A stretch of 63,197 nt of DNA, filler included, from Bigelowiella natans CCMP2755 (Eukaryota; Protista; Cercozoa): NCBI GenBank assembly GCA_000320545.1. It is 10 parts of 10 records of this genome, joined end to end, with 100 filler letters (N's around TTAATTAATTAA, not from the genome) between each part and the next. Parts side by side here need not be neighbours in the genome. Positions count along the whole stretch, not along the records: positions 50,808 to 55,270 come from ADNK01003238.1; positions 55,371 to 61,430 come from ADNK01000607.1; positions 61,531 to 63,197 come from ADNK01000219.1; 7 more parts are not named here. The stretch is one strand, 5' to 3'. Positions within the stretch are counted from its first letter, which is position 1. Every line of letters begins with the position of its first letter. The position numbers and the translations under genes are program-made. The notes beneath the pieces are model-generated. The model did not search any database. It was not told where the DNA came from and saw nothing but the letters and a program-made list of their open reading frames with translations. Below, piece by piece: positions 51,943 through 63,197 of this stretch.

Positions 51943-54042
51943 TTACCCTCCTTGCACATCTAGAGCGTCAGTGAGTGTCCGGAGGCCTTGGCGGAGGCAA
52001 GCTGCAGTGGATGTGTCGCCAAGGCTCTCGAATGCCATGGCAACGGCTTCAATCGTGCTGCAGCTGTTCCACAACGCACATAAAAAACTATCAAAACGTG
52101 TACTCTTTCTGAACGGTAAGTGTCCTGGAAGAATTCGTCTGTATTCTTCTCCTTCTTCTTCTCTTTCTTCTTCTTCTTCTCTTTCTTCTTCTTCTTCTTC
52201 TCTTTCTTCTCCTTCTTCTTCTTCTCCTTCTTCTTCTTCTTCTTCTTCTTCTTCTTCTTCTTCTTCTTCTTCTCATCACCCGTCCTCTCTTGTTCGCTTC
52301 CGTAACGCATCGAAGCTGGCTTGTCTGCCTCAGGAATTCTCCCAAATTTGACCTGCGGATCATGAATTCGTCGCAGCGTGCTTTAGTCAAGGATCGATGC
52401 CTTTCATGTCGTACTGCAAGCAACTACATCGCCAACAAACTCATCAAAGAACGATTCTGCAGCGCACTGCATTCAAAGGGTGTTTACAACAGCGTGCCAT
52501 TCGTCGTGTCCAAACAGAAAATGTTAATGGAAACACATTGTGATTGCTAGTTATACCTTTGGAAAGCCAGAAGATGATTTGAGCAGCCGCACAAGTTCTT
52601 TGCGGTCTTCCACGTTCCATCGATAACTACGAGATGCAGAGGCAGATAGCTAGGCTCGCTTGCAGCGGTATCAAATGCAGCTGCCGCTAATTTGTAGTAG
52701 GAGGGGGGGAGGATGAGGAGATACAATGCATTTAAGAGCGTGCAACACTGTAGTACTTGCATCGTAGATTAAACAGTGAAATAATGTACCTTAGTAGTAG
52801 CAGTATTAGGAGGAGAAGGAGGATTGGGAGGAGGGGAGGGGATGAGGAGGAGCAACAATGTCGTATTTGCTGTCGTACTAGTGCTGCTACCTTTGCAAAG
52901 GTCAGAGAGATCCACAGCATCTGGTGAAGGATACAGGACAAGTGTGTTTGGCAGCGACAGGACTTCAGCCAATCGTTTATGCTCAGACTCCACCCCGAAG
53001 TAGATCGTCTAATGATGTGGTGATCATACGCTCAAAATACGCTAGGTTTCAAACCACGGGCGGGGTCAGAGGGAAGGACATATTCACTCGTCGTCATCGT
53101 CGTCGTCGTTATCATTGCATTGTCAAGCTAATCGATCTCGTGCGACTGGATGATTTATGGTGATCGATGATGCGCGCAGACAGACCCGAATGCACTCGCG
53201 AGGGTCCAAAAGAGGGGGAATGAGATGCCCCGTATTCGAGCCCTGGAACATCTCACCTAATATGAGAAATGAACGAATGATCAATGAATCGTATTGCTCT
53301 GCTCTTCTGTCCTAAGAGAAGAAAACCACATCTTGGTTCCAACCAGGATGCATGAAGATGGTGAGAGACGCGCCACTGGGCAGCTCGGACTTGTTCTCCT
53401 CCAATCTGTCGCAGATGCACACACATTGCCGCATCCAGCATTTCAAACACCTTCGCTCTCTAACAGCAAGCTTTAGCCGCTTAAGAACGGCGCCTTCCTT
53501 CCCCCCAGCAAGGTTGTACTTGGAGCCGTCATTTTGGCATGATTCTATCGTAGGGACTTGAAACCCGTCCGAGAACATGGATCTGGCCAAGGCAAGTGCC
53601 TAAGGTTTAAAAACAATGTCACTTGTCGGAAAGACGACCGAACATTTAGCACGGCAACAACCATGCTACTTCCCTACTTTCGCCCTTCAAGGCTCAATTT
53701 GAGAATTATCGACATAGAAACCGAAGCGCATCATGCGAAGCACTAGCAAGTGCGGTTAACTCCAGCCAACACCACCACACAACAACAAAATGCCATCTCG
53801 CATTTCGCTACTTCGGATTCTATCTGAAGCTCATTTCGGTTATCTGGAAGCATCTTGCCGTTGATGTGCTGTGTCTTACTTCCCGTGGGGCAGCACTGGC
53901 TACACGGTGCGCATCCTGTGTAGACAAAAGACATCGGACGGTGCAGATGCTGTGCGAACGAACAACGGTGAACAGCTGTGTTTTTCGTACCCCACAGCGC
54001 AAGCGCTAAAACCCAACAGCTGCACGAACGACGGAACGCCAT
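51943..54042 (-). CDS. DTW-domain protein (tRNA-uridine aminocarboxypropyltransferase, DTWD2/TapT-like) with a signal-like leader
   Basis: Exons: RRCLKCWMRQCVCIC...LTIFMHP; TLVLYPSPDAVDL; LHLVVIDGTWKTAKNL (DxTW motif); CSTIEAVAMAFESLGD...LDVQGG*. A putative first exon reads MAFRRSCSCWVLALALWG. Confidence 0.85.
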
Positions 54043-54289
54043 TCAAACCCCCCTCCGAGATAGCAGGGGAGGGATAGCGAAGTCTGTCCCTCCCCCCCCC
54101 CCCCCCTAGAAAACTTTGATTGCTGCCGAGTCGATGCGAGACTCCCCAGAGACGTGTGTCCGGGGTGTTTTTTTTAGTGTTCGGTCGGCATCGGATAGAT
54201 GGATGTTGCTTCCCCAAAAATGGGGCGAATCATGCCCTGCGACAATGCATGGATGCATGGATGCCATGGCGGGCGCCGCAGGTGATCTA

Positions 54290-55270
54290 CCGGCAGGTGG
54301 TTCTTTGATTGATGCTGCTGAGGTTGCGGAAACGAGCGCAATCAGTGATGCAGACTTCTTCGACCATTCTTGAAACACTTCTGGAATTCTTCTTCTTCTT
54401 CTTCTTCTTCTTCTTCTTCTTCTTCTTCTTCTTCTTCTTCTTCTTTCTGGCACTTCTTGGAACTCTCCAGGAACGCTAGAACGCGTGTCAACTCGCGAAG
54501 TTGCAACTCAGCAATTTGCAGCTTTCCAATTTGTTGCCTCACGCTCTTTTGCTGCGTTGACAGCAATGCCAAGTGCTCCGATGAGAGCAGTGCAATCAAG
54601 CAGCAAGGGACAAAAGTCTTTGGCAAACCGGTGGGAAGGAGTCCGCGTGAACGATCACAGCTGCCTCCTTTGCTTGCGATCTAGCGATGCTAGATGCGCT
54701 GGCTTGCTTGGTGTGATTGGAACACTGTGTGTGTGACACCTCTTTTTTTTCTTCTTTTTCTTCTTCGATCTTCGATCCTTGGAATGATTCCACGTTTCGT
54801 TCAGCAGTCTGGCAGTCCAGCAGTCAGAGCGAATCCCATCTGCTTTGTTCGATTCGCGCACTTGTTCTTCGCTCTCAGCGCTGCTGATCCTTCATTTGCA
54901 AGTCTAGAAACGTGACCTAGCTAGCTAGCTAGCGATCATGCAGCTGCACCATGCTCACACCAGCACGATGTGACGTGTTGGGCGGAGCACTTGTTCCAGA
55001 CACAAGTGGACCACTCCCGCACTTCCAGACGTACTTGCTAGCTTGTCATGCACTCATTCGTTCGTCTGCCGCTTGCTTCACTCATCACTCGCATGCATGT
55101 GCATTCGATCAGCGGAAAGTGGAATCGAAGCCATGTGCAACTCGCAGCAAAGTTAGCAACGCTAAAACGCATGAATGCTGCATCGTACATCACCACACCA
55201 GCAAGCTAGCAAGCTGTCATCATTGTCTAGTTGTATCGATCGACCGGTCATGGCCCCCAGCGCGTACTAT
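54290..55270. pseudogene. TpA-depleted domain 3 containing a degenerate, Tyr-free coiled-coil-like coding remnant on the minus strand
   Basis: At 54290-55031 I count 8 TA dinucleotides, all in CTAG. ORF 54342-54626 (QQKSVRQQIGKLQIAELQLRELTRVLAFLESSKKCQKEEE) looks like an exon remnant. The pseudogene call is inference. Confidence 0.5.
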
Positions 55271-55370
55271 NNNNNNNNNNNNNNNNNNNNNNNNNNNNNN
55301 NNNNNNNNNNNNNNTTAATTAATTAANNNNNNNNNNNNNNNNNNNNNNNNNNNNNNNNNNNNNNNNNNNN
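55271..55370. other. Artificial contig linker
   Basis: Same 100-bp spacer. Confidence 0.97.
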
Positions 55371-55494
55371 GAGGTAGCCTCTGATTCGACGGGGGTTGGT
55401 AAGAGCCATTGGCAAAAAGTTGATAGGCAGCATGAACTCGTCGATACGCACACGCACACGCACACGGCACACGCACACACACATGCACATACAG

Positions 55495-56815
55495 GAGAGC
55501 CGTGACTCGAGACGGGGTATCCCTGAAAGACAACGTAGTGATCATCGACGAGGCTCACAACCTTATCGAGACCATAAACGACGTCCACAGCACCGCCATC
55601 AACGGGCGGCAGCTCGTGCAGGTCTCCATTGTCGTCAGCAGCGTCGTGATCGTCTGTCGCAGCAGCGCACTCTTCCAGATACAACCTGTCATCGTGTTGC
55701 GTTTGACTTAGACCTATTCTTACATATTATCCACTGGTGCTGCCGCTGCTGCTGAATCTCCTCCTCCTCCTTAAATGAGCCCCCCCCCCCCCCTCCCCCC
55801 CCCCTTCCGATCATCATCAGGGCCACGCGCAAACGAGCAACTACTTCGAGCACTACAAGGGGCGCTTCCGCTTCTCGAACGCCAAGATGATCAGGAAGAT
55901 CATCTTCGTTCTCAAGCAGCTCAAAGACTTCCTCCTCACCAACCAGCGAGGAGGAGGAGAAGGGAAGGGGGAATGGGAGGGGAGGAGGGAGGCAGTCGCT
56001 GCAGGGGGGAAGGATGCGCTGAAAATGGCGACAACAGCAGCAACAACAGCTACTACTACTAGCATGAGGATGATGACTCTGAACGACTTCCTGTTCGCAA
56101 CGAAGATCGACAATATAGACCTTTTTGAGCTCTGCGACTTCATTCACGAGAGCGGTGAGTGAGTGGGTGAGGGAGGGAGGGTAGGGAGGGAGGGGAGGGG
56201 GGGGGGGGAGGAGGTGGAGTAGGGTGCAACGAAGGAGGAGGAAAGAAACGCAAGACCGAGGCAGAGGAGACGTGGACACTTACCACTCACATTATCATCC
56301 TCCTCTTCCTCCTCCTCACCTCAGGCATAATCAAAAAGCTAAACGGGTTTCTCGACTACGTTGCCTCCAAGGAAGGCGAAGGGGGGGAGGGGGGAGGGGC
56401 AGAGGTCGCAGGTAAGAGGGATAGGCAGGCTCGAGCCGACGAAGGGACGACCGCCAGCGACAAGCACAAGGAAGAAAGCAGCAATCCAGGCGTGAGCGTC
56501 AACGAGGCTGGGGGCGATACACTGCCGCATAGAAAGCCAATTCTCTCCGTACTCGGGTAAGGATCGTCCTGCTGCTGCTTGAATATCGTCGCTTATGTGT
56601 AGTAGTAGTAGTAGTAGTAGGAGGAGGAGGAGGAGTAGTGGTTCGACGTTACGATTCCCATCATCATGCGCTCCCTTTCCCACGGTCTCTGTCCTCGATG
56701 ACATACTCGTGGTTTGCAGCACCATAAAGCTCTTCCTGAATGCCCTCACCAACGCCGACAAGGACGGCCGGATATTCGTGCAGCAGAAAAAGCGGGAGGA
56801 GGGAACGCGATCCTC

Positions 56816-56849
<34 letters not shown>

Positions 56850-57249
56850 ACCTTCTCCTCCTCGTCGTCCCTCCGATTTGTAAATCTCAATCCCGCCACG
56901 AGCTTCGCGTCCGTGGTGTCAGAGGCCAAGGCCGTGCTGCTGCTCGGGGGCACCATGAAGCCCTTTGAGCACTTCTCAAGACAGCTCTTCCCCGCCCTTC
57001 CGAGCCAGCACTTGAGTGAGTACCACCATTTTTAGGATGTAGCTGATATATGTATATATTTATATGTTATATAACCAACACCGGCGACTGAGTATTAACG
57101 GAGAGGGGAGAGGAGGAGGAGGAGGAGGAGGAGGGGAGAAGGGGGAGAATGTGATGCTGCCGGCGAGGGGGAAATCGAGCAACTTTTTTTTTATTTACCT
57201 TTGCTTTCCCTTCCCCTCCCCTCCCTACCCTGACTCTTCCTCCCCCCCC

Positions 57250-57307
<58 letters not shown>

Positions 57308-57883
57308 GGCTTCTTTGAGTGCGGTCACGTGGTACCCCCCAGCAATGTCCTCGCCGTGTCGCTTCCCAAAGGCCCAACGGGGAGCGCGTTTCACTTCACG
57401 TTCCGGCGCCGCACCTCTCACGACATCATCGATGAGTTGGGAAGGGCGATCGTGAATCTGAGCAAGGTAATACCAAATCGAGAGGAGGGGGAGGAGGAGG
57501 AGGAGATGGTGGTAACTTAGCTGTTGAGCATGATGGCAGAGAAAGCATTGTTTGGGGTCGCCATCCCGCCCTCCCCACCTCCCCGTTCCTAGTATGAGCG
57601 AGAGGTCGTATATTGCGAGCTGCTGAAGGGGGTGGGTAAAAGCGTTAGTAATCCCATTTCCAGGCTCTCCCTCCCCCCCCTTCCTTGTTTATTTCTGTCT
57701 TGGTTGGGAAGCATGGCTCCTTCTTAAGCGGTTTTCCTTTCTCTCCTATGGCATCCTTTAACTCCCCCTCGCGACACATCCTCATCGACAACAACTATAA
57801 CAACAACAACAATAGTAATAATAGCTAAAGTCGTCGAATGAGGAATAACAACGTTTTAAATTAAGCACACACAACCAACTCTC

Positions 57884-57978
<95 letters not shown>

Positions 57979-58806
57979 GGTTATTCCCGAGGGCATGGTA
58001 GTCTTCTTCCCCTCATTTCACTACCAGGCGGCCGTTAGACGGCGATGGGAGGCGACGGGGGTGGCGGCGCGGATCGGCAGCAGAAAGCCTGTTCTTTGGG
58101 AGGACAAGTCCGACAACAGCAGCAGCAACGACAACAATAACAAGAGGAAGAAGAAGAAAGCGATGGTGAAGAGAACGACCTCGAATAAAGCCGCAACAAC
58201 GGACATTCTTGCGGAGTACAGGCGTATCATTGAAGAGGGAATCGGCGGAAAAGACGACGGGAAGAGCGGGACGAAGAACAGGAAGAACGGGCAGGGGAGA
58301 GGTGCTATGCTGGCATGTGTGGTGGGGGGGAAGCTCTCGGAAGGAATAAACTTCTCGGACGGTTTGGCTCGATGTGTGGCTGTGGTAGGGATGCCGTACG
58401 CTAACAGCCAGGACCCTCTCCTCAAGGAGAAGATTTCTTGGATAAACCGCCGATTTAGCTGCGCAGATACGGATAGTAGCGCTGCGAAAGACGGTGGCGG
58501 CGGAAATGATGATTCTAAGAACGCCGTTGTAGATGGTGACGATGGCGAGAAGAAGAAATCTCCTGGTGGTAGTGGTGGTAGTGGTAAAAAAACCGGTGGG
58601 GATACAGCATCCTCTTCTTCTTCTTCTGCAGCTTTTTCGTCATCCTCTTCACTTTCGCAGCAGAAGCAGCAGCACCAGCAGATTCAAGATCCTGGCCGCC
58701 AGTAAGCCTTTCTCTTTTCTTCCGTTCGCTTCTTCTCGTTTATCCCCCACTGTGTCGTTTTTCTACCATTTCGTTGTAAATAATCGATTCTATCCCAAAA
58801 AATTTT

Positions 58807-58871
<65 letters not shown>

Positions 58872-59134
58872 CACCTCGATCACCCTCGCTCAGGTACTAC
58901 GAGAACCTGTGCATGCGTGCTGTCAACCAGAGCATCGGGCGCTCGATCCGCCACAAGGGGGACTATGCGTGCGTCCTGCTCATCGATCAGCGCTATGAGA
59001 GCGACCGAATATCCCAGCAGCTTCCGACTTGGATACGGAAGCGGTTTGAGAAGCCGAAAGGCGGAGCCTTCGGAGATGCCTTCAGAAAGGTCTGCAAGTT
59101 CTTCGCCGAGAAACGACGGCAGAGGTCACAATGA
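55495..59134 (+). CDS. DDX11: ATP-dependent DNA helicase DDX11/Chl1 (XPD/Rad3 family), 5' truncated
   Basis: Exons: [18 protein letters not shown]; [15 protein letters not shown]; [14 protein letters not shown]; [25 protein letters not shown]; [18 protein letters not shown]; [13 protein letters not shown]; [27 protein letters not shown]; [25 protein letters not shown]. Confidence 0.95.
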
Positions 59135-59526
59135 TCGATGATGAGAAGTGCGATGTGTGTAGCCGATTTACAGCTGATGAAGAGCGCATGGCTTTTGCCA
59201 CCTTGCTTCTAGTCTCAAAATAACGTGGTACGGCGCGCGGATTTCATTGTCACGAGCCGCCATGCAAAACGGCAGGGAAGATTTTGCCCTGAAAGCGCGT
59301 GCACGTAAATGTTCTATTATGAATGCTTCATTGTAGTGTGGTTGCACGCGTGAGAGCCTCACGCGAGCGATCATAGTGTGAGTTCCGTCAGTGTGGAGGG
59401 AGAGCATGAAAATAAAATAAACAGGCTTCATATGAGAAGGCGGAGGGCACGAATCAACGCGCATCACAGTGGCAATATGTGTAGCTTGCTGAGCTCATGA
59501 TGCTTACTGTAGCCAAAAGACAGTTG

Positions 59527-59571
<45 letters not shown>

Positions 59572-59884
59572 TACACACACAGCTTTTGCATATCCGTATT
59601 TATGCTTGGTGAGAAAATCGCGAACTATTATTATGGTGTACTAGCATGCTAGCTACGAATCGAATACACGCTGCAGCCTTACATGTAGAAGATTGCGCAC
59701 ACACTATTTTACGAACAAATGCTATTTCATTGTTAATGATACCAAATATTTCATTACATACTGATCACATATTATATATTGTGTATTGCTAATTCATTCT
59801 TCTACGACTTTTCCCATCAGACTTAACACGTTGTACATCGTCTATATATGCCTGTAACAATACGAACAACAAAGCACAGATTTA

Positions 59885-60760
59885 TCAAGATGAAAAATCA
59901 ATTGCAGGGGTAGGTTTGACCTTAGTTTCCATTCCGGCGGCACGAAGCTTAGATGCATCTTTGGAAAGAGCTGAAATTTGCTTCTCAAATCCCTCCACTA
60001 TCTTCTTGTATTGCAATGTTGGGTTTTGTCTCCTGTCCTTGGCCTCCTCCTTGGGCGGCAATGGCGATTTCTTCACGAAAAGTGCGTACTTTTTCCTCCT
60101 GCATTCGATTGTCAGGTCCCTTGCGACAGAGCGTAGGTTTTCGCAAGTCGATCTGAGCATGACGTAGCATTCGTATGCTAGCTTGATCAGCTCGAAGTCA
60201 CCGTGGACCGTGCTGATCCAGGTCGCGCCTTTGAATCCAGAGTACGTGACGTGGAGAAGGCTATACCAGCTTGCTGAGCTACACGCCCAACACGCTTGGA
60301 TGACATCATACATGAGACACAAGAGGTACTTGGGGTCCACGGTTTCGATGTTGCTGCCTCTCGAGCTCCGTGCGGAGGAAGCGGCCCGCAGCCCTACGAT
60401 TTTGAACACGTGCGTGAACGCACTGCTCAGCTGGAACAAGGCCTCATGTGTGTCTTGTATCCTTTTGAGCAGCTCCGGGCCAACGTCTGGGTTTCGGATG
60501 AGCTTGTTGTACAGGTGCGTGCAGGAGCGGATCCCTTGCGCTGACGTATTGCCGCACTGCTGCATCAGCGTCGCCAGGGACTTCAGCTTCCTGCCGCTCC
60601 CGCTGTCCGCGTCGGCCTCGAAGAAGAAGGGCGGGACGAGAGGCCGAGGGGAGGTCATTGACCGAGGGGCCTCTTTGGGAGAGCTCTTGCTGGATAGGGT
60701 GGGGGGGGCGGGAATTCGAAATACTAAAATCGGGCCGGATCTATCGTAAACTCGTGAAGG
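59885..60760 (-). CDS. Hypothetical alpha-helical protein, final exon (further exons probable upstream)
   Basis: Uninterrupted ORF of at least 257 codons with protein-like composition, convergent with DDX11. Confidence 0.6.
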   Translation of the reverse strand, partial: PSRVYDRSGPILVFRIPAPPTLSSKSSPKEAPRSMTSPRPLVPPFFFEADADSGSGRKLKSLATLMQQCGNTSAQGIRSCTHLYNKLIRNPDVGPELLKRIQDTHEALFQLSSAFTHVFKIVGLRAASSARSSRGSNIETVDPKYLLCLMYDVIQACWACSSASWYSLLHVTYSGFKGATWISTVHGDFELIKLAYECYVMLRSTCENLRSVARDLTIECRRKKYALFVKKSPLPPKEEAKDRRQNPTLQYKKIVEGFEKQISALSKDASKLRAAGMETKVKPTPAIDFSS

Positions 60761-61430
60761 GAGAGAAATGTTTGAAATGGAGATGATTATAGGCCGTTTT
60801 TAATATGCGACATCCCTTAAATGGGCGATTAAGTGACCCAATTCCGAACTGACGTCAACACGCCTCGCCGCGCAAGCACGCCACCATGGATGATCTCAAG
60901 GTGGTAGCCGCCATATGTGCAGAGATTCGACTCTTTTAGCGATGGAAGAAGTCGGTTGGACCGCAGCACTTTCGATTCATTGCGCGAGCGAGAGAAAGGG
61001 GGTGGGGGGGGGGGAGAACAGTTTTCGACCACCCTTCCTTATGGGGTTCCTTCCGAAGTGGGTACGGATGCGAAGCAAAACAAGAGACTTTCTTTGCGCA
61101 GGTATCTGAGATTGGTAAGGCGATAGGGATATCGAAGACCAAGCATGGAGCGGCTGCAAAGGTGACTTTTTCTTTGCTGTTTAATCTTTATCGCATCTGT
61201 GCTGCCCCCCCTCGTGACGTGTTCAGTGCCCTTCCTAGATGCGATGCATACAATGAGTCTTAATTCATCGTTCAAATAGGAGTCGGCTTGGGTAATCACG
61301 ACTTCATGCTGCAACCTACTCTTCAGTGTTATCACAGCAATCGTTTGCGGTACGTGGATGACAACACGCGCGCACGCTATGCGTTGTAGATAGCTCGCAC
61401 GAACGTGATCGTGTGACCGTTCCGTTATCC

Positions 61431-61530
61431 NNNNNNNNNNNNNNNNNNNNNNNNNNNNNNNNNNNNNNNNNNNNTTAATTAATTAANNNNNNNNNNNNNN
61501 NNNNNNNNNNNNNNNNNNNNNNNNNNNNNN
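61431..61530. other. Artificial contig linker
   Basis: Same 100-bp spacer. Confidence 0.97.
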
Positions 61531-62150
61531 AGGTATGATGGATTTAGGTAAGGTCCAAATCGTATTTATGATGATCGTGGAACATAATTGTCATCCTCAT
61601 CCCTCTCCCCCCCTCTCCTACCCCGACCCTTGACTACGATGCACCTCAAGCGCTGTTGGGGATGGCGAGCTTAACCTGCTTCACGCTTAAACAAAAATAA
61701 GATTCATATTGAAGGACCCGAAAAAGCTCAAAGTAACAAAAGAAGTAATATTTTGACTGACGACATGATATTATTCAGTATAATAGGCTCAATTCTTTTC
61801 CCAACAGTTTCTCCGAGATTTCTTCTTATATCTCAAACACCCGCTCATGCCTCCTCCGTGCGGTAAACCCGTTCTACTGCATATCCCCGACAATATTAGC
61901 ATTTGCGACAAGCATAAATTGAATTTAAGATACTAATTTCGGCTGTGGTAGGTCAGAAAGATCGGCAAGTGCAAAACAGAAATTTTTTTTTGGGTGCAAA
62001 ATATTAAATCGTGGGGATATTATAGGGTGAATTCGCCAAATACTCACCATATAACGTCAACGCGCTTAGCTTTTGGGTGCAATCAACGGGCAGGAGGAAA
62101 AAGGAATGAAGAATCGCGTGAAGAAAGACATCGGCATTGCGAATTTTGAA

Positions 62151-62166
62151 GAAAAATAAAGAAAAA
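62151..62166 (-). terminator. RNA polymerase III T-run terminator of the 5S gene
   Basis: The minus strand reads TTTTTCTTTATTTTTC, starting about 8 nt after the 5S 3' end. Confidence 0.7.
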
Positions 62167-62174
62167 TGTAATTT

Positions 62175-62293
62175 GGATACAACAACGCCGTGTTCCCGCG
62201 TGGTCCCCCACCGCAGTACTAACGAGTCCCAACGACGCTTAACTTCCGAGTTCGGCAGGGATCGGGTGTATTAGTCGTGGTATGGTCGTATCC
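62175..62293 (-). rRNA. 5S ribosomal RNA (119 nt)
   Basis: The reverse complement reads GGATACGACCATACC...CCCGATCCCTGCCGAACTCGGAAGTTAAGC...TTAGTACTGCGGTGGGGGACCACGCGGGAAC...GTTGTATCC. Helix I is paired (GGATAC/GTATCC) and the conserved eukaryotic 5S motifs are present. Confidence 0.95.
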
Positions 62294-62922
62294 ACCTTCG
62301 TCTGTTGTATTGTAATACCCACAGCAATGAAAATTTACACGCTCGTAGACGTTTTTACTGGTGAATTTCTCCTTGAGACATGCAAAATTTCCAAAAATTC
62401 TTAAAACTAGGCACCTCCAGAAAAAGATCATCGGACAACAACAAAACATGTATAATTAATTGTTAATCATACATTGTTGTCCTTCCTTCTTTTCCTTGGT
62501 CCCGAATTTAACCCAAGTTTCACCATAGAAAGATTACGAGCATCCACCTTAAATTGGAATATGTTTGCGATTGCACTCTCGAAAGTAGAATATTTCTAAG
62601 ATATTGTCCCGATGATTTATGAACTCGGTAGTTCTTGCAGGACACCGGTTGCAGGAACGTCGGAACCCAAAAGGACAGGACGATGGAGACGAAGGTCGCT
62701 ACTTTGTGCCAGGGTTTGCACTGGGTGCAGCCCTCTGATACACTTGCTTATTGGTATCGAGACAGTAAGAGGGGTGATTCCTAACTGCAGATGTATTGCC
62801 GGGATAGAGCCTTTCTACGAGCACAATGTTCGAATGCAACGGCGTTAACACACAAACATACACACAAACATACACACAAACACACACACACGGGAGACTG
62901 CAGACTCTACTAATATTTGCAG

Positions 62923-62997
62923 AAATCTGAGAGCGGGTCAGCAGTGGTACTGTACGTGTACGATCTGAGCAGAGGAATGGCCAGGGCTATGTCCAAG
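62923..62997 (+). CDS. PPPDE/DeSI-1-type peptidase exon
   Basis: ag|KSESGSAVVLYVYDLSRGMARAMSK|gt matches the V.LYVYDLS.G.AR start of the PPPDE domain. Confidence 0.75.
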
Positions 62998-63147
62998 GTA
63001 GCAAGCTACAATGCTGTCCTAAAATTTCGAGCTATCTCTTCTGATGAGTAGTCTCTGTAACCAGTGTGATTGCTTTGGATTGGATATCTCTACTAATACA
63101 TCCGATTGTCGCTCATTTGTTCCTCTTCGACATTAACCATCATCCTT

Positions 63148-63183
<36 letters not shown>

Positions 63184-63197
63184 GCGTCGTGGCACTA

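Noticed and set aside
771-58844. Many ORFs with YIYIYI, CVCVCV, ERERER, THTHTH or poly-F/K/M tracts
   Set aside because: They are translations of intronic microsatellites, not proteins.
29924-61530. Recurring TTAATTAATTAA flanked by Ns as a biological repeat
   Set aside because: These are identical 100-bp synthetic linkers joining contigs. They also rule out any gene-cluster interpretation across them.

Overview
Eukaryotic, intron-rich genomic DNA. It consists of 10 separate contigs joined by nine artificial 100-bp linkers (N-run, TTAATTAATTAA, N-run), so gene order across linkers has no meaning. Introns are packed with microsatellites, which generate most of the ORF track. Two genes have signal-peptide-like leaders, one followed by an Arg-rich transit-like segment. 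This suggests an alga with a secondary plastid, possibly chlorarachniophyte-like (inference). Recognisable spliced genes: a calponin-homology/coiled-coil protein, an inositol polyphosphate 5-phosphatase fused to a multi-pass membrane domain, a RimJ/RimL-type GNAT, a bacterial-like VOC/glyoxalase, a GAF protein, VPS41, a PDZ+TBC Rab-GAP, a secreted S/P/T-repeat protein, a WD40 protein, a DTW-domain tRNA-modifying enzyme, DDX11/Chl1 helicase, a PPPDE/DeSI peptidase exon and one 5S rRNA gene. The most striking unexplained signal is three intergenic or transposon-relic domains on three different contigs (about 13.0-14.0 kb, 43.5-45.2 kb and 54.3-55.3 kb). In these, TpA is erased almost everywhere except in CTAG, while CpG is retained. 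This points to a context-specific TpA->TpG/CpA hypermutation process, opposite in direction to fungal RIP. All exon structures and counts were read by eye; no database searches were run.
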